A DNA stretch of 64,000 bases. It comes from the human T2T-CHM13v2.0 reference genome, Homo sapiens. Positions within the stretch are counted from its first letter, which is position 1; every line of letters starts with the position of its first letter. Below the pieces are notes generated by a model that worked only from the letters and a program-made list of their open reading frames with translations, was not told the DNA's origin and ran no database searches. The stretch is taken from the NCBI RefSeq assembly GCF_009914755.1, contig NC_060927.1; one strand, written 5' to 3'. Shown piece after piece: positions 12,136 through 28,220 of the stretch. Position numbers and translations under genes: made by a program.

Positions 12136-14194
12136 TGTACCTTAAATTCAGATGAGTTGTTCATCTTGATTACATTTTTAATATTTAATACGTACAAAAG
12201 AATATCTTTCATGCAATTTAGCAGTTTAAGATATATATGACTAAATTTATATCTTTAAGTCTTTATACTTCATGACTTTTTGCTTTTTGTAATCCAACTT
12301 TTCTGCAAACATTGAAACAGAGTAATGAAATCTCAGATAATTAGCTGTGTCAGCATCCTGGAAAATACAGCTGAAAGTCATGGTTTTGGTGGAAAAAAAA
12401 AAGAGCTAGGCATAAAGTTCTGCTAGAGAGTTCAATGATGCTTGAAAAATAAAGAATAGTACCATTAGAAAAACAATGAAGGGTTATGGCCTCTTTTTTT
12501 AATTCTAGCATTCTGGCATTGTGATTTCTATTCTTCAATATTTTTCTACATATGGGACCTATAAGTAGTTGCTTTTTAACTATCATGTTGACTAAAATAT
12601 ATTCATGATATTTGCCATTTATTACAAATTTTCTGAGGTTCCTTGAGAGAGTTAATTTCATTATTCAGTAGCCCTATAAATTGATTCTAATGACACCATT
12701 TTGCTTTTTTTGTTTTGTTTTGTTTTACATATACCAAATTACACCAAACTTACTAACACACACATCCTACCATCTTCCCTTAGGTCAACATTATTGTAGA
12801 AATATTGCTTATCTGTATTATGTATCAATTAATTCATTCATAAAACCTATATATTGTCTTCTTTTTGAGTAATACTGTCATAGGAATTCTCACATGCTTA
12901 TAATTAGATAATAAACTTATATTCTCTTGCAAATGTGAAGTAACTACCTTATTTTACTTTTGATATTTGTCTGCTGAATTTTCTAAAGCATGCTCTGCTT
13001 ATACGTATAGTAAAATATATATAATATATATGAATATTAAATATATATTCATGAGAATGATGCAGGTTTTGAAATGCCTAGTGAATTTTGCCATCTACTA
13101 AGTTTCTCAAATTATTCGACAAAGCCAAAGTAATGATTTACTATTTCAAAAATTATATTTCTTAAAGTGAAATGGAGGAAAATGCTGATTCTTATATCTT
13201 ACTATCCTGCTTTTTTTTAAATTATACACACAGAGTTCATCAGTGAAACTGCAGGTTTTATAATTAAATATAAAAATCGAGGCGTTCACACAGATATGCT
13301 AATAACTCCATTAAACTTCTCCCTTTATATGTAAATTCAAGCCCAGATGTTGCATCATTTGCAAATCTTGCAATTAAAGCATTTTATAACTTCAGTTATG
13401 CAAAGGGGCAGCAGACTGGAAAATGGGTAAAATTGCTTGGCTAGGACATTACCATGGCAACACACTGACCTCCATTCAATTAGTTACCACCGAAGATTCA
13501 GCTATTAATTATAGTGGTCAAAAGTGGATATCATCTGGATCTCCTCTTACCTTTTTAATATGGACATTTTTCACTCACCATAAATCTTTGACTTTTAGAG
13601 GCAAGGCTTCCAAACTGAGGTGTTAAAAAGTGATACTGCTTAAGTACTGATGGAAGTGAGGGTCAGAAAGGGAATCCCATTTATCAGCCATATTCAGGAT
13701 AGTTCCTCAACTTTCTGTAATCTAAGCACTCTGTCATGCAGGCTTCGAAGTGAATATTCATTACTGCTCATATTCCTCATTGAACCCTTTGCGTTATGTG
13801 TGTCAGCAATTACCTCTCACTTTAGAAAGCCGTCATTAATTAGGGCCACAACAATCATCACCAAGGGGCTTCTGAAATAGATAGATGCCCCATTTTGGGT
13901 TGAGTTTTACATTTTCCAGCAAAAAAGTTATTATTTTCTTGGCAGAGTATAAAAGAAGTGTTGGCAGTTAATTACAGAGGTACTTTATAAATGATGAAAA
14001 AAACCTTCTGCATTTTTATTGCACACTTGAAGATAAGAATCTTGTATTCGGTGAAGGTAAAACATACTGTTATTACAGAACATGTTTTAATCAGTGCATC
14101 CATAGTCCAAAATAATAAATGCTCTCAGACACACCAAAGCATGGTCACCAGACACCATAACACATCAACACCACACAGATCATGGCTTCTTCCT

Positions 14195-14350
14195 TTAACA
14201 GAGATTAACTGACCACCTACTGTGTACAAGGCACCATTCGGCATGCTGGGGTAATAGGGACTTTCAAGGGTGACAAGATCTGTGCTCACTTGGAAGGAGA
14301 TAGAAAAATAATCAAATGAAAAGAAAATTAGATCATAAGAAGCGCTATAC
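14195..14350 (-). mobile_element. L2 3' fragment
   Basis: ACTGACCACCTACTGTGTACAAGGCACCATT...TGCTGGGG. Confidence 0.6.
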
Positions 14351-14476
14351 CAAGAATTAAAACTAAGCTAGAGAATTACCAGAGATCTATTTTGGGTAGT
14401 GTTAGTTCTTGTGCTAGTAGTATAAATGAAAATAAAGACACAAATTCAGAAAAATTTTCCTTGATTATAATTTTTT

Positions 14477-14572
14477 TATATATATATACACACACGTACA
14501 TATATGTGTGCGTATATACATATGCATGTGTGTACATATGTGTGTGTATATATATATATATTTATATATATA
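14477..14572. repeat. (TA)/(CA)/(TG) mixed microsatellite
   Basis: Alternating purine-pyrimidine tract seen directly. Confidence 0.9.
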
Positions 14573-14729
14573 AATTTAAAGTTCAAATTTGAAGTTCAAA
14601 TCAAAAGTAAAGATACCTTAATATTCACTTGATTTCACAACAGGCCCATGCATGAGAATGTTGGTCCTTTCTAATAAAGAAATTTCTTTGGTTAAAGTTG
14701 AAAAAGCGGGGTTACAATTTTTTAAATTT

Positions 14730-15070
14730 TATGAATAGTATGGCTGTGAACATTCCTGATGCATATGTGCAAGAATTTCTCCTATTAATATTCGCAGGGG
14801 TGGAATTGCTGATTTTTATCGTAAGAGAATAGTCAAAATTCTATCAACAGCAAACTGAAGAAATAGATTGTCATCTGTTCTACCATAAAATATTATATAG
14901 CCTTGAAAATGCATGAATTATGGCTAAACACAAACAAGGTATAATATTAATACAAAGTTTAATGAAAAATAAGAACCTATAAAATTACATGCTAATATTT
15001 ATAAAAACAAATTTCAAAAAAAAAACTATTTGAAATATCTAAAAGGGTGTTTCTGTGTATGGATTTTTTT

Positions 15071-15122
<52 letters not shown>

Positions 15123-15300
15123 ATTTTTTTCCCTTCAGGAAAAGAAATGACAGTGATAACATTCAAGGTATTAGTTATCTTTGTTGCAGGAAGGAAACGA
15201 AGGGATGGGGTACAGAGAGAGCACAGAGGTTCATTTAAGCTTTTGGTACTCTAGTTTTTGAGTTAGGGTATGGATTCATTGTTATTCATTATATTATTAA
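14730..15300. mobile_element. Ancient L1M/L1ME fragments (short minus piece, then plus piece)
   Basis: GCTGTGAACATTC...TGTGCAAGAATTTCTC...GGTGGAATTGCTG (minus); CTATCAACAG...AATATTATATAGCCTTGAAAATGCATGAATTA (plus). Confidence 0.6.
15073..15120. repeat. Perfect (AT)24 microsatellite
   Basis: 48 uninterrupted nt. Confidence 0.98.
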
Positions 15301-15308
15301 AAATTAAT

Positions 15309-15457
15309 GAAAAAAGAGAAAGAAGAAAAAAAAGAAAGAAAGAGAGGGGCAGGTAGGCAGGCAGACAAGCAGGAAAGGGAGGAAGGGAGAAAGGGAGGGA
15401 GGGAGGGAGGAAAGAAGGAAGGAAGGAAGGAAAGAAGGAAGGAAGGGATGAAGGGGG
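15309..15457. repeat. Polypurine (GAAA/GGGA/GGAA)n tract
   Basis: About 150 nt, almost all purine on the + strand. Confidence 0.92.
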
Positions 15458-16567
15458 TCCAATCATTCCCAGTTTTTGGAATACATCATAAACTAGAGAT
15501 TATGATTGATCCAATATATTTCAACACAAAGTTCTTAAAAATAAAAATACATTTTTATTGTATGACATTATTACATATATACAACAGACTTAATAACAGA
15601 ATAATTTCCTATAAATGTTTGGCTTAATGGTGGCATGTTATTCTTGCTTAGAATATTATAGATTCTGATGCAGATGTTTTAAATCATATAGATTTAATTA
15701 TTAAACGACTCTTCCAATTCTTGGCTCAATTTTAAGTGTACTAAGCAAAAACAGCCAAGAGCAAACAGTAAAATCTAGAAAAATGTATATAATAAGTTGC
15801 TCATGATGGAGTTTTAGGAAGAAGTTCTTGTGACTAAAAGCTTGTTGCTTTGTGACCTCAGTGACACATGACTGATGGTAGCCAAAACTCCACAGTACCT
15901 GTCAGTAACTGAAAGTTCATTGTTTACTTTTCAATGTCCAAATTAGTTAAAACTGGCATGAAAATTGTTTATATTTTGTGTTCCCATCAAAACATTATTA
16001 TATCCTTCGTTCCCTGTAATGCCATCAGTACCACTAGCATTTACACTGATAAATAACAATAATCATCTCATGAAAACACTACACATAGCACTATTAATCT
16101 TTTCTCTCAACAAGCACATTACCTGCACTTCTTGTGAAGGCACTGCTCATAAAGATCTGTTAAAACTGGCCAGAAAAGAAAGCCATCTCTCCAAAATTGA
16201 CAAGTAGAAGCATGGGTAGGAGAAAAATGCTCAGAATCGAAAGAGCTGTCTACTTTATGGGCACTTGTAAGGTTCATTACCTTTGTTTTGTTTTGTTTTG
16301 TTTTGTTTACATTTTTAGAGACCGCAAGAAACTGACTAAAGCTAAATCATTAGTTATTTTTCCCACTGTAAACCTCAGACCTCCGAGACATTATGGCAGC
16401 CTTGAACTTGCAGTGACTGTTCTTTTGCCTCAGGGCGTTAGAAAATCAGTAAAGTCTGTAGTGGAAAGGATTATCACCTAAACCCCTTTTTACTTCATCA
16501 TTTTAACCAATTGCTTGATTCTCATTTTATGCAAAATTAAAAGTTAGCAGCATTGTGATTGCAACCC

Positions 16568-16636
16568 TTAGTCTTTAACTGGCTGTCTATTTAGTCTTTA
16601 ACTGGCTGTCTATTTAGTCTTTAACTGGCTCTCTAT
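16568..16636. repeat. 23-bp tandem repeat x3
   Basis: TTAGTCTTTAACTGGCTGTCTAT x3, one mismatch in copy 3. Confidence 0.97.
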
Positions 16637-16808
16637 TTTGGAGAGATACAATTCAAATGCTAATCAAGTCTCTAAGCACCTTGCTTAGTTTTCCTTTTTC
16701 TCTTTAGATTTCTTATCTTGGATTCCTCTTTTTTTTCCCTATACTTTTCTGCTGGCCACTTCTTTATGTCTTTCTTTTTGATTTTTTTCAAGATTTTAAA
16801 AATGCATT

Positions 16809-17774
<966 letters not shown>

Positions 17775-17829
17775 TATGTTAAAATAATAAAACTATATTT
17801 AAAAGTTATATATTATAGAATTACTTTTA

Positions 17830-18690
17830 AAAGTGCACATTTTCTGTAATTCCAATACCCAGACATAGTCACTATTATCTCTTTTTTTTGGTGTGTGTTC
17901 TTCCAGATGATTTTTTCTATGTACATATTAACAGGTTACATTAGTCTTATATAAAATATGATTATACTTTACACTTCCTATGTTGAAACTTGCCTTTTTT
18001 TTTATTATTATACTTTAAGTTCTGGGACACATGTGCAGAACATGCAGGTTTGTTACATAAGTATACACGTGCCATGGTGGTTTGCTGCACCCATCAACTC
18101 GTCATCTACATTAGGTGTTTCTCCTAATGCTCTCCCTCCCCTAGCCTCGCACCCCGCAACAGGCCCCGGCATGTGATGTTCCCCTCCCTGTGTCCATGTG
18201 TTCTCACTGTTCAAATCCCACTTATCAGTGAGAACATGCAGTGCTTGGTTTTCTGTCTCTGTCTTAGTTTGCTGAGAATGATGGTTTCCAGCTTCATCCA
18301 TGTCTCTGCAAAGGACATACACTCATCCTTTCTATGGATGCGTAGTATTCCAAGGTGTATATGTGCCACATTTTCTTTATCCAGTCTATCATTGGTGGAC
18401 ATCTGGGTTGGTTCCAAGTCTTTGCTATTGTGAATAGTGCTGCAATTGCCTTTTTAACTTAATAGTGTTTCTTGAGTCATATCTTTTCATGCTAGGATAT
18501 ATTATACAAACCTGTCTCATTCATTTAGCTGAATAATATTCCATTGAATAGCTATTTAGTTTATTTTATTTAAGTTATCCTTTATTAGTAGTTATTATGC
18601 TTTCATAAAGAGAGATACAATGACGGTATGAATTTCCCTAAGATAAATTTCTACAATGAGGCCTTCGTTCAAAGGATATGTTTTTTAAAA
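17830..18690 (-). mobile_element. Ancient L1ME remnant (host of the L1PA insertion)
   Basis: ATACCCAGACATAGTCACTATT...CTTCCAGA...AACTTGCCTTTTT|AACTTAATA...GCTGAATAATATTCCATTG. Confidence 0.6.
17995..18445 (-). mobile_element. 5'-truncated L1PA7/8 3' end with TSD
   Basis: TTATACTTTAAGTTCTGGGACACATGTGCAGAAC...TTTGCTATTGTGAATAGTGCTGCAA; TSD TTGCCTTTTT at 17990-17999 and 18446-18455. Confidence 0.95.
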
Positions 18691-18694
18691 ACTT

Positions 18695-18860
18695 AGATTG
18701 AGGAGCCAGTTCAGATTATTTTGGACATACTGATGTTTCAGCTCCCTTAGAAACATTTGAGGGAGGCATTAAGTACAGGCTTGCACTTGAATATTCAATT
18801 CTGAAGTGCACAGGAATAATCTAGGTTTGAGCTATACATTTCAGATGATCCATGCCATGA
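18695..18860 (-). mobile_element. L2 fragment
   Basis: AGTTCAGATTATTTTGGACATACTGA...TCTAGGTTTGAGCTATACATTT. Confidence 0.55.
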
Positions 18861-21004
18861 TGATTTATTGTAATGCAATTATATTATATTATATTTATTA
18901 TATTATTACTATTTGTCTTTGATATATTTCCAGGGGTTGGGGGAAGGTGAGGAATGTGTGTGAAAAATGTGTGTGCATATTTATACATATACATATATAA
19001 TGCATATAAATATATACATATATTATGTATATAATTCCTATGTAATATATATAATATTATATTACATACATACTCCATTACAGAGCTCCACATCTGTATT
19101 TATTCATCTACATGTAATATGACTTAGGGCAGTATATTGCTCTGTATTCTGTTGGCCTGTGAGAATCGGCTCACCCTGTACTATAATTTCTCTCAGCTAA
19201 TGGGCTGTGCCTTCTCTTTCTTCCATTTCCTGTGTTCTGGTGCCCATAATGGCTGACCAAGACAAAACCTAATAGATGTTTTAAAAGGAAGCCTACGACT
19301 TAGATGTTAAAATGCAAGTTTAAGAAAAGTAGGAAATTAATATTTTAAAGAATTGGCTGATGAAACAAAGAGCTTGTTGGGATTAACAGAAATAATCTGC
19401 CATTAGGGAGGCAAAGTAAATACATAAATAAACAACTTTACCACCACTGAGGGTTATTCCACAGTTGTATGAGTGAGAGCTGGGAAAAACCATGGCCAGG
19501 GTGTGTCCTGTCTTAGATGATTTGAAGGGGATGAAGAAGCCATTGTCAATATACAGTGCTAAGAAAATGTTCCCCAGTAATTATGCTTTAAAGACCCTTT
19601 AGAAAACTGAGTAGCAAATAGTCCCATTTCCAGACCTCCCTTGGTGAATTGAAGATTTAAGTGTCTTCCAGTATGGACTGTAGACAAATGCTGGATGGAG
19701 AAATTTGTTACTTGCCATTAATAAAATGAAGACAGAAATTGAGCATAATCATTCATAACAAAGGTTTATGGCCGTTAGAGTAATTTTATGCTTGTGAAAT
19801 CAATAATAATTTTAAAATTGGATGTGCATTTTTGTCTTTGGATTCACAATTTTGTTTTCTAGCAGTGTATTTTCAGTGTACTTTACTAAATATCAGTAAA
19901 ATAATGTTTGCAAGAGATTAGAAATGTTAAATGTGAAATTAACTGGACTTTTCCACAGATAGTTTGAGAGGCACTGGAGCGGTGACCCAGTCGAAGAGTA
20001 TAGTAGCAACAGTGAATTGAAAGATTAGTATTAAATCTACAGTTCCCAAGTGAACACTTGGATTTCTCAGGACTGAAGACCACAAATCAGGCTCACTCTT
20101 GATCCTTACATATATGAAAGGATGTTACTGGTTCTATAACTGAGGAATGTGCTATACCACGTGTAGAGCCCCAGTGGTTTTCAAGGGCATGATTATAATT
20201 GCTGCACCAAATAAAAACATTAATTGGATGATTTAAAGCAAGACCTATAGAAGCTGTTATCCACTCACATGTATTGTCAATAAATCATCTTTATTTAGGT
20301 CTTTCTAGTGATTATGTAGAAGTCATTTCTAGAGTTGTAGTTCATTTTAGAACATTAAGAGCTTAGTTGTTGATTCCCCCTGAATAATACCAAGAGCCAA
20401 TATTTTATGAGCTAATGATTTGGTTAATTTATTTATGTACATCAAAGCTATTTTGACAATTTGGCACTCAAAAAGAATTTACAGCTATTGAATGTTTATG
20501 GACTTATTCACTTTAAGTACCTAGTTTTTTTCATCAACTAAAGTTTTCTCTAATGTATGTAGCCTATATATCTATAGGTAGAAAAATGAGGATGTATTTT
20601 TTCTTAAAAATATTAAAATATGAAGAGGGTAATGGAGAATTTTACAGGATATTAAATACAGAATATTTCTCAATGAAAGTAATGAGAAATGAATAATAGC
20701 CAGAGAAGCAACCACTTTGAAGTGAGTAGCTAGACTTTTTTAAACCATAAAAACCACATTATCCATATTATCAATTTTATTTACATGTTAATTGAATCTG
20801 TTTGGTCAGTGTCAAGTGACTAAGATAAAAGTCTCTAAAGTAGATGCAGTGTTTTATGCAGTTCCTGGAAGTTCCTGGCTCTATGTAGGCCAAACCAGAA
20901 AGATTGAACAAGAAATTTTAAGTGACCTGAACACTCTAAAGTAGGAAAATACAAGAATGTCTAGGTCACAATCACTAGATTGCTGAAAACAGAGTATATA
21001 ATGT

Positions 21005-21878
21005 TATAAACCAAAAAGTATCTGAGATAAGTCTCTTGATCAGTTTAGAAGTTTATTTTGTCAAGGTTAAGGACATACCCATGACACAACCTCAGGAGGT
21101 CCTGAGAGTATGTACTCAAGATGGTCAGGTCACAGTTTGATTTTATACATTTAGAGGGGCAGAGATTACAGGCAGACATCAATCAATAGACGTAAGGTGT
21201 ACATTGGTTCAGTCTGGAAAGGTGGGATATCTTGAGGGGTCTGGGAATACAGGTCATAGGTGGACTCAGAACTGGCAATTGGTTGAAAGAGTTGTTTCGT
21301 CCAAAGAGTTGAAGTCAGCAGAAAGAAATGCTTAGGGTTAAGATAAGGGGGATTGTGGAAGCCAAGGTTCTTGTTATGCAGATGAAGCCTCCAGGAAGCA
21401 GGCTTCAGAGGCAATAGATGGTAAAGGTCTTCTTATCACCTTAAAAGGTGTTAGACTCTGCTGAAAAGACCTAATAAGGGAAGGAGATTGTCTACAGAAT
21501 GTAAATTTTCCTCACAAGAGACAGCTTTGCAGGGTCATTTAAAAACATATCAAAAAATATATTTTGGTATCAAATACTTCAATTTCTTTCAGGGCCTGTT
21601 ATCTGTCATGTGATGCTATACTACAGTCAGCTTGGAATTTGGTATCTTGTTTCTACAAAGAGTGTTTTGTTAGTCTTAAGAAGTTCATTTTAATGTTAAC
21701 GCTAGTGAGTTATGCCTGAATTCCAAAGAGAGGAGGGTGTAAGGAGACATATTCAATGCCCCACTTCCCATCATGGCCTGAACTAGTTTTTAAGTTAACT
21801 TTGGAGGCTCTTGGCCAAAAGAAGGGGTCCCTTCAGTTGGTTGGAGGTGGGGGCCTTGGAATTTTATTTTTGGTCTTC
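21005..21878 (-). mobile_element. MER4D-like ERV1 solo LTR
   Basis: TAAACCAAAAAGTATCTGAGA...TTTAGAAGTTTATTTTG...CCTCAGGAGGTCCTGA...CTTCCCATCATGGCCTGAACTAGTTTTT...GAATTTTATTTTTGGT. Confidence 0.92.
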
Positions 21879-21976
21879 CCTGTCCATGAAATGACATTTG
21901 GAAAGCTCTATTCTGAGGCCACAGTTGTTCTTGCAAGTCAACTGACCATGTTACCATAGGGCAACTTATTACTTCT

Positions 21977-22055
21977 TTAAAAAAAATTTTTTTCATTATT
22001 GTGGGTACATAGTAGGTGTATATATTTATGGGGTACATACGATATTTTGATACAT
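21977..22055 (-). mobile_element. Extremely 5'-truncated L1MA-type 3' end
   Basis: TTGTGGGTACATAGTAGGTGTATATATTTATGGGGTACAT...GATATTTTGATACA; possible TSD ATTACTT(C/T)TTT. Confidence 0.8.
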
Positions 22056-22089
22056 AATTACTTTTTTCTTCCCTTATTTTCCTGTAGTA

Positions 22090-24700
<2,611 letters not shown>

Positions 24701-24919
24701 CATTTTTTTCCAATATTTTGAGATCCACCAAAGCTAGATCATGGCTGAGGAATGTATGGAAGTTATATATAAACTACTCTCTCTTTCCCCTCAATGTTTT
24801 CCTTTTCTATTCTCAGCTTCCTGATTCTTCCTTTTCAGATTCTATATTCATACCTCCATTTCTTGTATTCTCTGGCCTGCCTAAGTTGTAAGTCCTGATA
24901 ACATCCAACTAACAAAAAA

Positions 24920-25090
24920 TATTTCATATATGTTATTGAAATCCTCAATAGCAAAGGAGATATTATCATTCCATTTGAATAATTAATATTTCAAATGAAG
25001 TTTAAATAAGTTAAATAACTTGCCCAAGTTTATATGGCCAGAAATTGAGTTAATATATGAATCATATCTGATGTCAAATGTTGCACCCAC
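24920..25090 (-). mobile_element. MIR fragment
   Basis: TATTATCATTCCATTT...AAGTTAAATAACTTGCCCAAG. Confidence 0.65.
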
Positions 25091-25514
25091 AGCTTCTGAT
25101 ATCTGTTTTGTTCTTGTCAATGCACTAAGCTAAAACTCCAAAGTCCTAGACCACAAGCACCTCCTACATCCATCCTCACTATACCCAGATTTCAACAGCA
25201 CAGATGTTTAAGGCCAATGATGGAACAATACCAATAAATACATTCAGCATACAAGATTTTCAAGGTTTGATGTTAGGAATTCTTAAATTCATATCTCAGC
25301 CTCTCCTAAGGAAGTTGCTAACTTCCTTTGGTTCTTGACACTATGAATGACCAAGACTCTGAGCTTAAAACATAAAATTATTCTTTTTCATATTGTATCA
25401 GCTTATCATTTTAAATTCATCTTTATCCCTTTCCAAACTTTCCAAAACACTGAATATGGTGCTTTTTAAAGCTAACTATATTTCATTTATTAAAAATATT
25501 GTGTGATTGTACGT

Positions 25515-25706
25515 GTATGTATATACGTATTATATATATAATATATACATATTATATATAATATATACATATTTTATATGTAATATACATATAATATATT
25601 ATATATAATATATACATATAATATATATAATATATACATGTAATATATATAATATATAATATATACATATTATATATTATATATATTATATATATACTAG
25701 ATATAT
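25515..25706. repeat. AT-rich low-complexity tract (ATATATAATATATAC-like units)
   Basis: About 190 nt, nearly all A/T. Confidence 0.93.
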
Positions 25707-27792
25707 GCCTCTAAATATGTTCTCCACATAAGCAAACTATCCATTTTGTTTCCCTTTCCTATAGCTGTAAATATAGCTATTGTAGATGTTTTTCAAACTG
25801 CTAGGAAAATGAATAACTATTACGATTGTTACTCTACAAATCAGGATGTATAATATAATTTGAAGCTCTCTGGGATTAATTTTTCTTGTGCTTAGCACAT
25901 AACAGCTACGATTTTTCAGCATACCAACTTTATGTATTTCTTTAATTAGATTGTGAGCTGAAGTTCTCAATGATGACCAACTTTTAAGCAGGCAATTTAA
26001 CCATGTTAGGAGACATCAGTTCACCGTGACCCAAATGCTCTGCCTGATGACACTTATTTCAAGTATAACTTGGTAAACATTATCAGCATGACATAGTTTC
26101 ATTTTTATTTTATATCGAACAGTAAAACATTAGTGAATTTGGGTTATCTGAGCAGAACTATGGTGTTTTTAAAATGTAGCTGGAGGTCTTGCATGAAAGT
26201 CAAATGAAAACACCAATAATGGAATATTATTAACTGATTCTGACCCTACATTTCTCAGGACTCAGTCTATTGGAAAATGAAAAAAAATACAGTCAAACTG
26301 ATTATTTCACATCTAATATCTCATCCCACCATCAAAACCTTCCTGGCTCTTAGGCTTATTTCAATTATTTTTCACTGAAAAAAAAGTAATCAAACCAGTT
26401 TACGTCTGATTTACTTTATTATCAGCACATAAGCACCTTTGGAAAATTAATTCTGTTATTGATTACATTTATTTTTAAAGCTTGTTGATGTGTTAAAAAA
26501 ATAACTAATAATGATTTAGAAAACAGTTATCCTCAGCAGTGACAGCATTTCATCAAGAGTTTACTGATTTCTTCTCTGATAATATTTCTATGTCTATATA
26601 TATATTATATGACATATATATGACATATATAACATTTCAGAATGCATTTAACTCAGAGGAACACGCTCATATTCATTTGCATATGTTGGACAGGGGACCA
26701 TTCACAAGGTTGTTTTATGGTGGCAACATACTTGTATTGAGAAACTGACAAAGACGGTGAAAAGTATGCTTCTTAATAGCATAAAAACGTCCCAGGGGAG
26801 AAGTTACAGGTGAGGGCAGTTAGATTTTTAGAATTATACAAAGAAGATAGCTCTACCTCAAAGAGACTTTTGGGGTTGGTTATTGATAGATAACTGTGGA
26901 AACCCTAAGAACTGATAACAACTTGCCAATCTACTTAGAATACAATTTAACTAAAATATTCCATACACCCAATATCAACAAGATTCCCAAATGCAGTCAC
27001 CTGTTTTTTCCTGTTATTGTAAAAGCAGCTATTGAAAGCTAAATGCAAATCAAATAATGTTTGAAAAAATGTAGAGACGGTTTAGGCTTTTTTGTTGGTT
27101 TCTGTTCTCTTGCTTTCTCTTCCTTTGCTTACTCTATACGCAGTAGTGGTCAGAAAGACCAGTATGTTATTTAATAATAGACCTCAATCTAAAATTTAAA
27201 ATAAGCAGGTTAATGATCAAATCAGAAAAAACAACATTAATTTGACATATTTTAATTGAACATTAATGATTTGTGTATTTTAGAGTAATCAGGCGTACTG
27301 TTTTTGGTAAATATAATTGTTCTTATTGTTTAGGGCTCTAAACAATTGTTAGGGCTCTAAACATTGTAAGTGCTCTAAACAATTTTAAACTATATGTTCC
27401 CCATTCTTTAATATCTCAAATAATTTTTCTTATTATCTAATAAAAGATAGAAAATGTTCAATATTTCATAAGATTACATAAAAATGACTGTAGTTATAAC
27501 AAATATTCTACACCATGATTTAATAAAAATAGGTTTTTATGCACTACTGAATAAAGCACAGTAAGTTTGAAAAAAAAACTATGTAAAATTTTTATCCATA
27601 GATTTTGTCCAACATATCTCAAAAATTTGTAAGCCCCTGAAGCATTTTATTTAAATTTTAAAAAATGAGTTATCAGACACTCTACTGCTGTGGCTGTTAT
27701 GAATTTGAAAAATCCCCATAGAGACCAAAATACTTCTCTCTCTTAGCTCAGGACCAAACAATATTATCAGTCCATGTGGAAATTACAAATTC

Positions 27793-28048
27793 AGACTGGA
27801 GTGTAGCGGCCCCATTATGGCTCACTGCAGCCTCGACCTCCTAGACTCTGGTGATCCTCCCACCTCAGCTTCTGGAGTAGCTGGGACTATAGGAATGTGC
27901 TACCACGCCCAGCTATTAAAAAAAAATTGTAGAGAGAGAAAGAGAAAGGGACTTGCTATATTACCAGGGCTTGTCTCAATCTCCTGGGCTCAAGTGATCC
28001 TCCCACCTCAGCCTCCCAAAGTATTGGAATTACAGGCTGCACCCGGCC
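27793..28048 (-). mobile_element. AluJ lacking its 3' end and tail
   Basis: ATGGCTCACTGCAGCCTCGACCTCCT...CTCCTGGGCTCAAGTGATCCTCCCACCTCAGCC; no poly(T). Confidence 0.92.
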
Positions 28049-28049
28049 C

Positions 28050-28220
28050 TTAAATACCATTAGAGGCCAATCAGGTATCTTACAGAGGTGAAGTCCCTGG
28101 TAGAAGATGGCTTGGTCAATAAAACTTGTTAGATCTGGATAATTTATGTCCTACCCAAAGACATCTAACTTAAAAATAAAAAACCCAGAGATGGGCCAAG
28201 CAAAACCGCTGTACAACTTG
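28050..28220. mobile_element. Possible hAT-Charlie relic (MER117/MER102-like)
   Basis: AAATACC...AGAGGCCAATCAGGTA...GTGAAG and GGGCCAAGCAAAAC resemble the recalled consensus; highly diverged. Confidence 0.4.

Noticed and set aside
15400-15450. EWS-FLI1-type GGAA microsatellite enhancer
   Set aside because: The longest uninterrupted run is only about 4 GGAA
17958-18433. ORFs resembling L1 ORF2 C-terminus / 3'UTR peptides (also 63132-63443)
   Set aside because: Dead 5'-truncated L1 fragments, not genes
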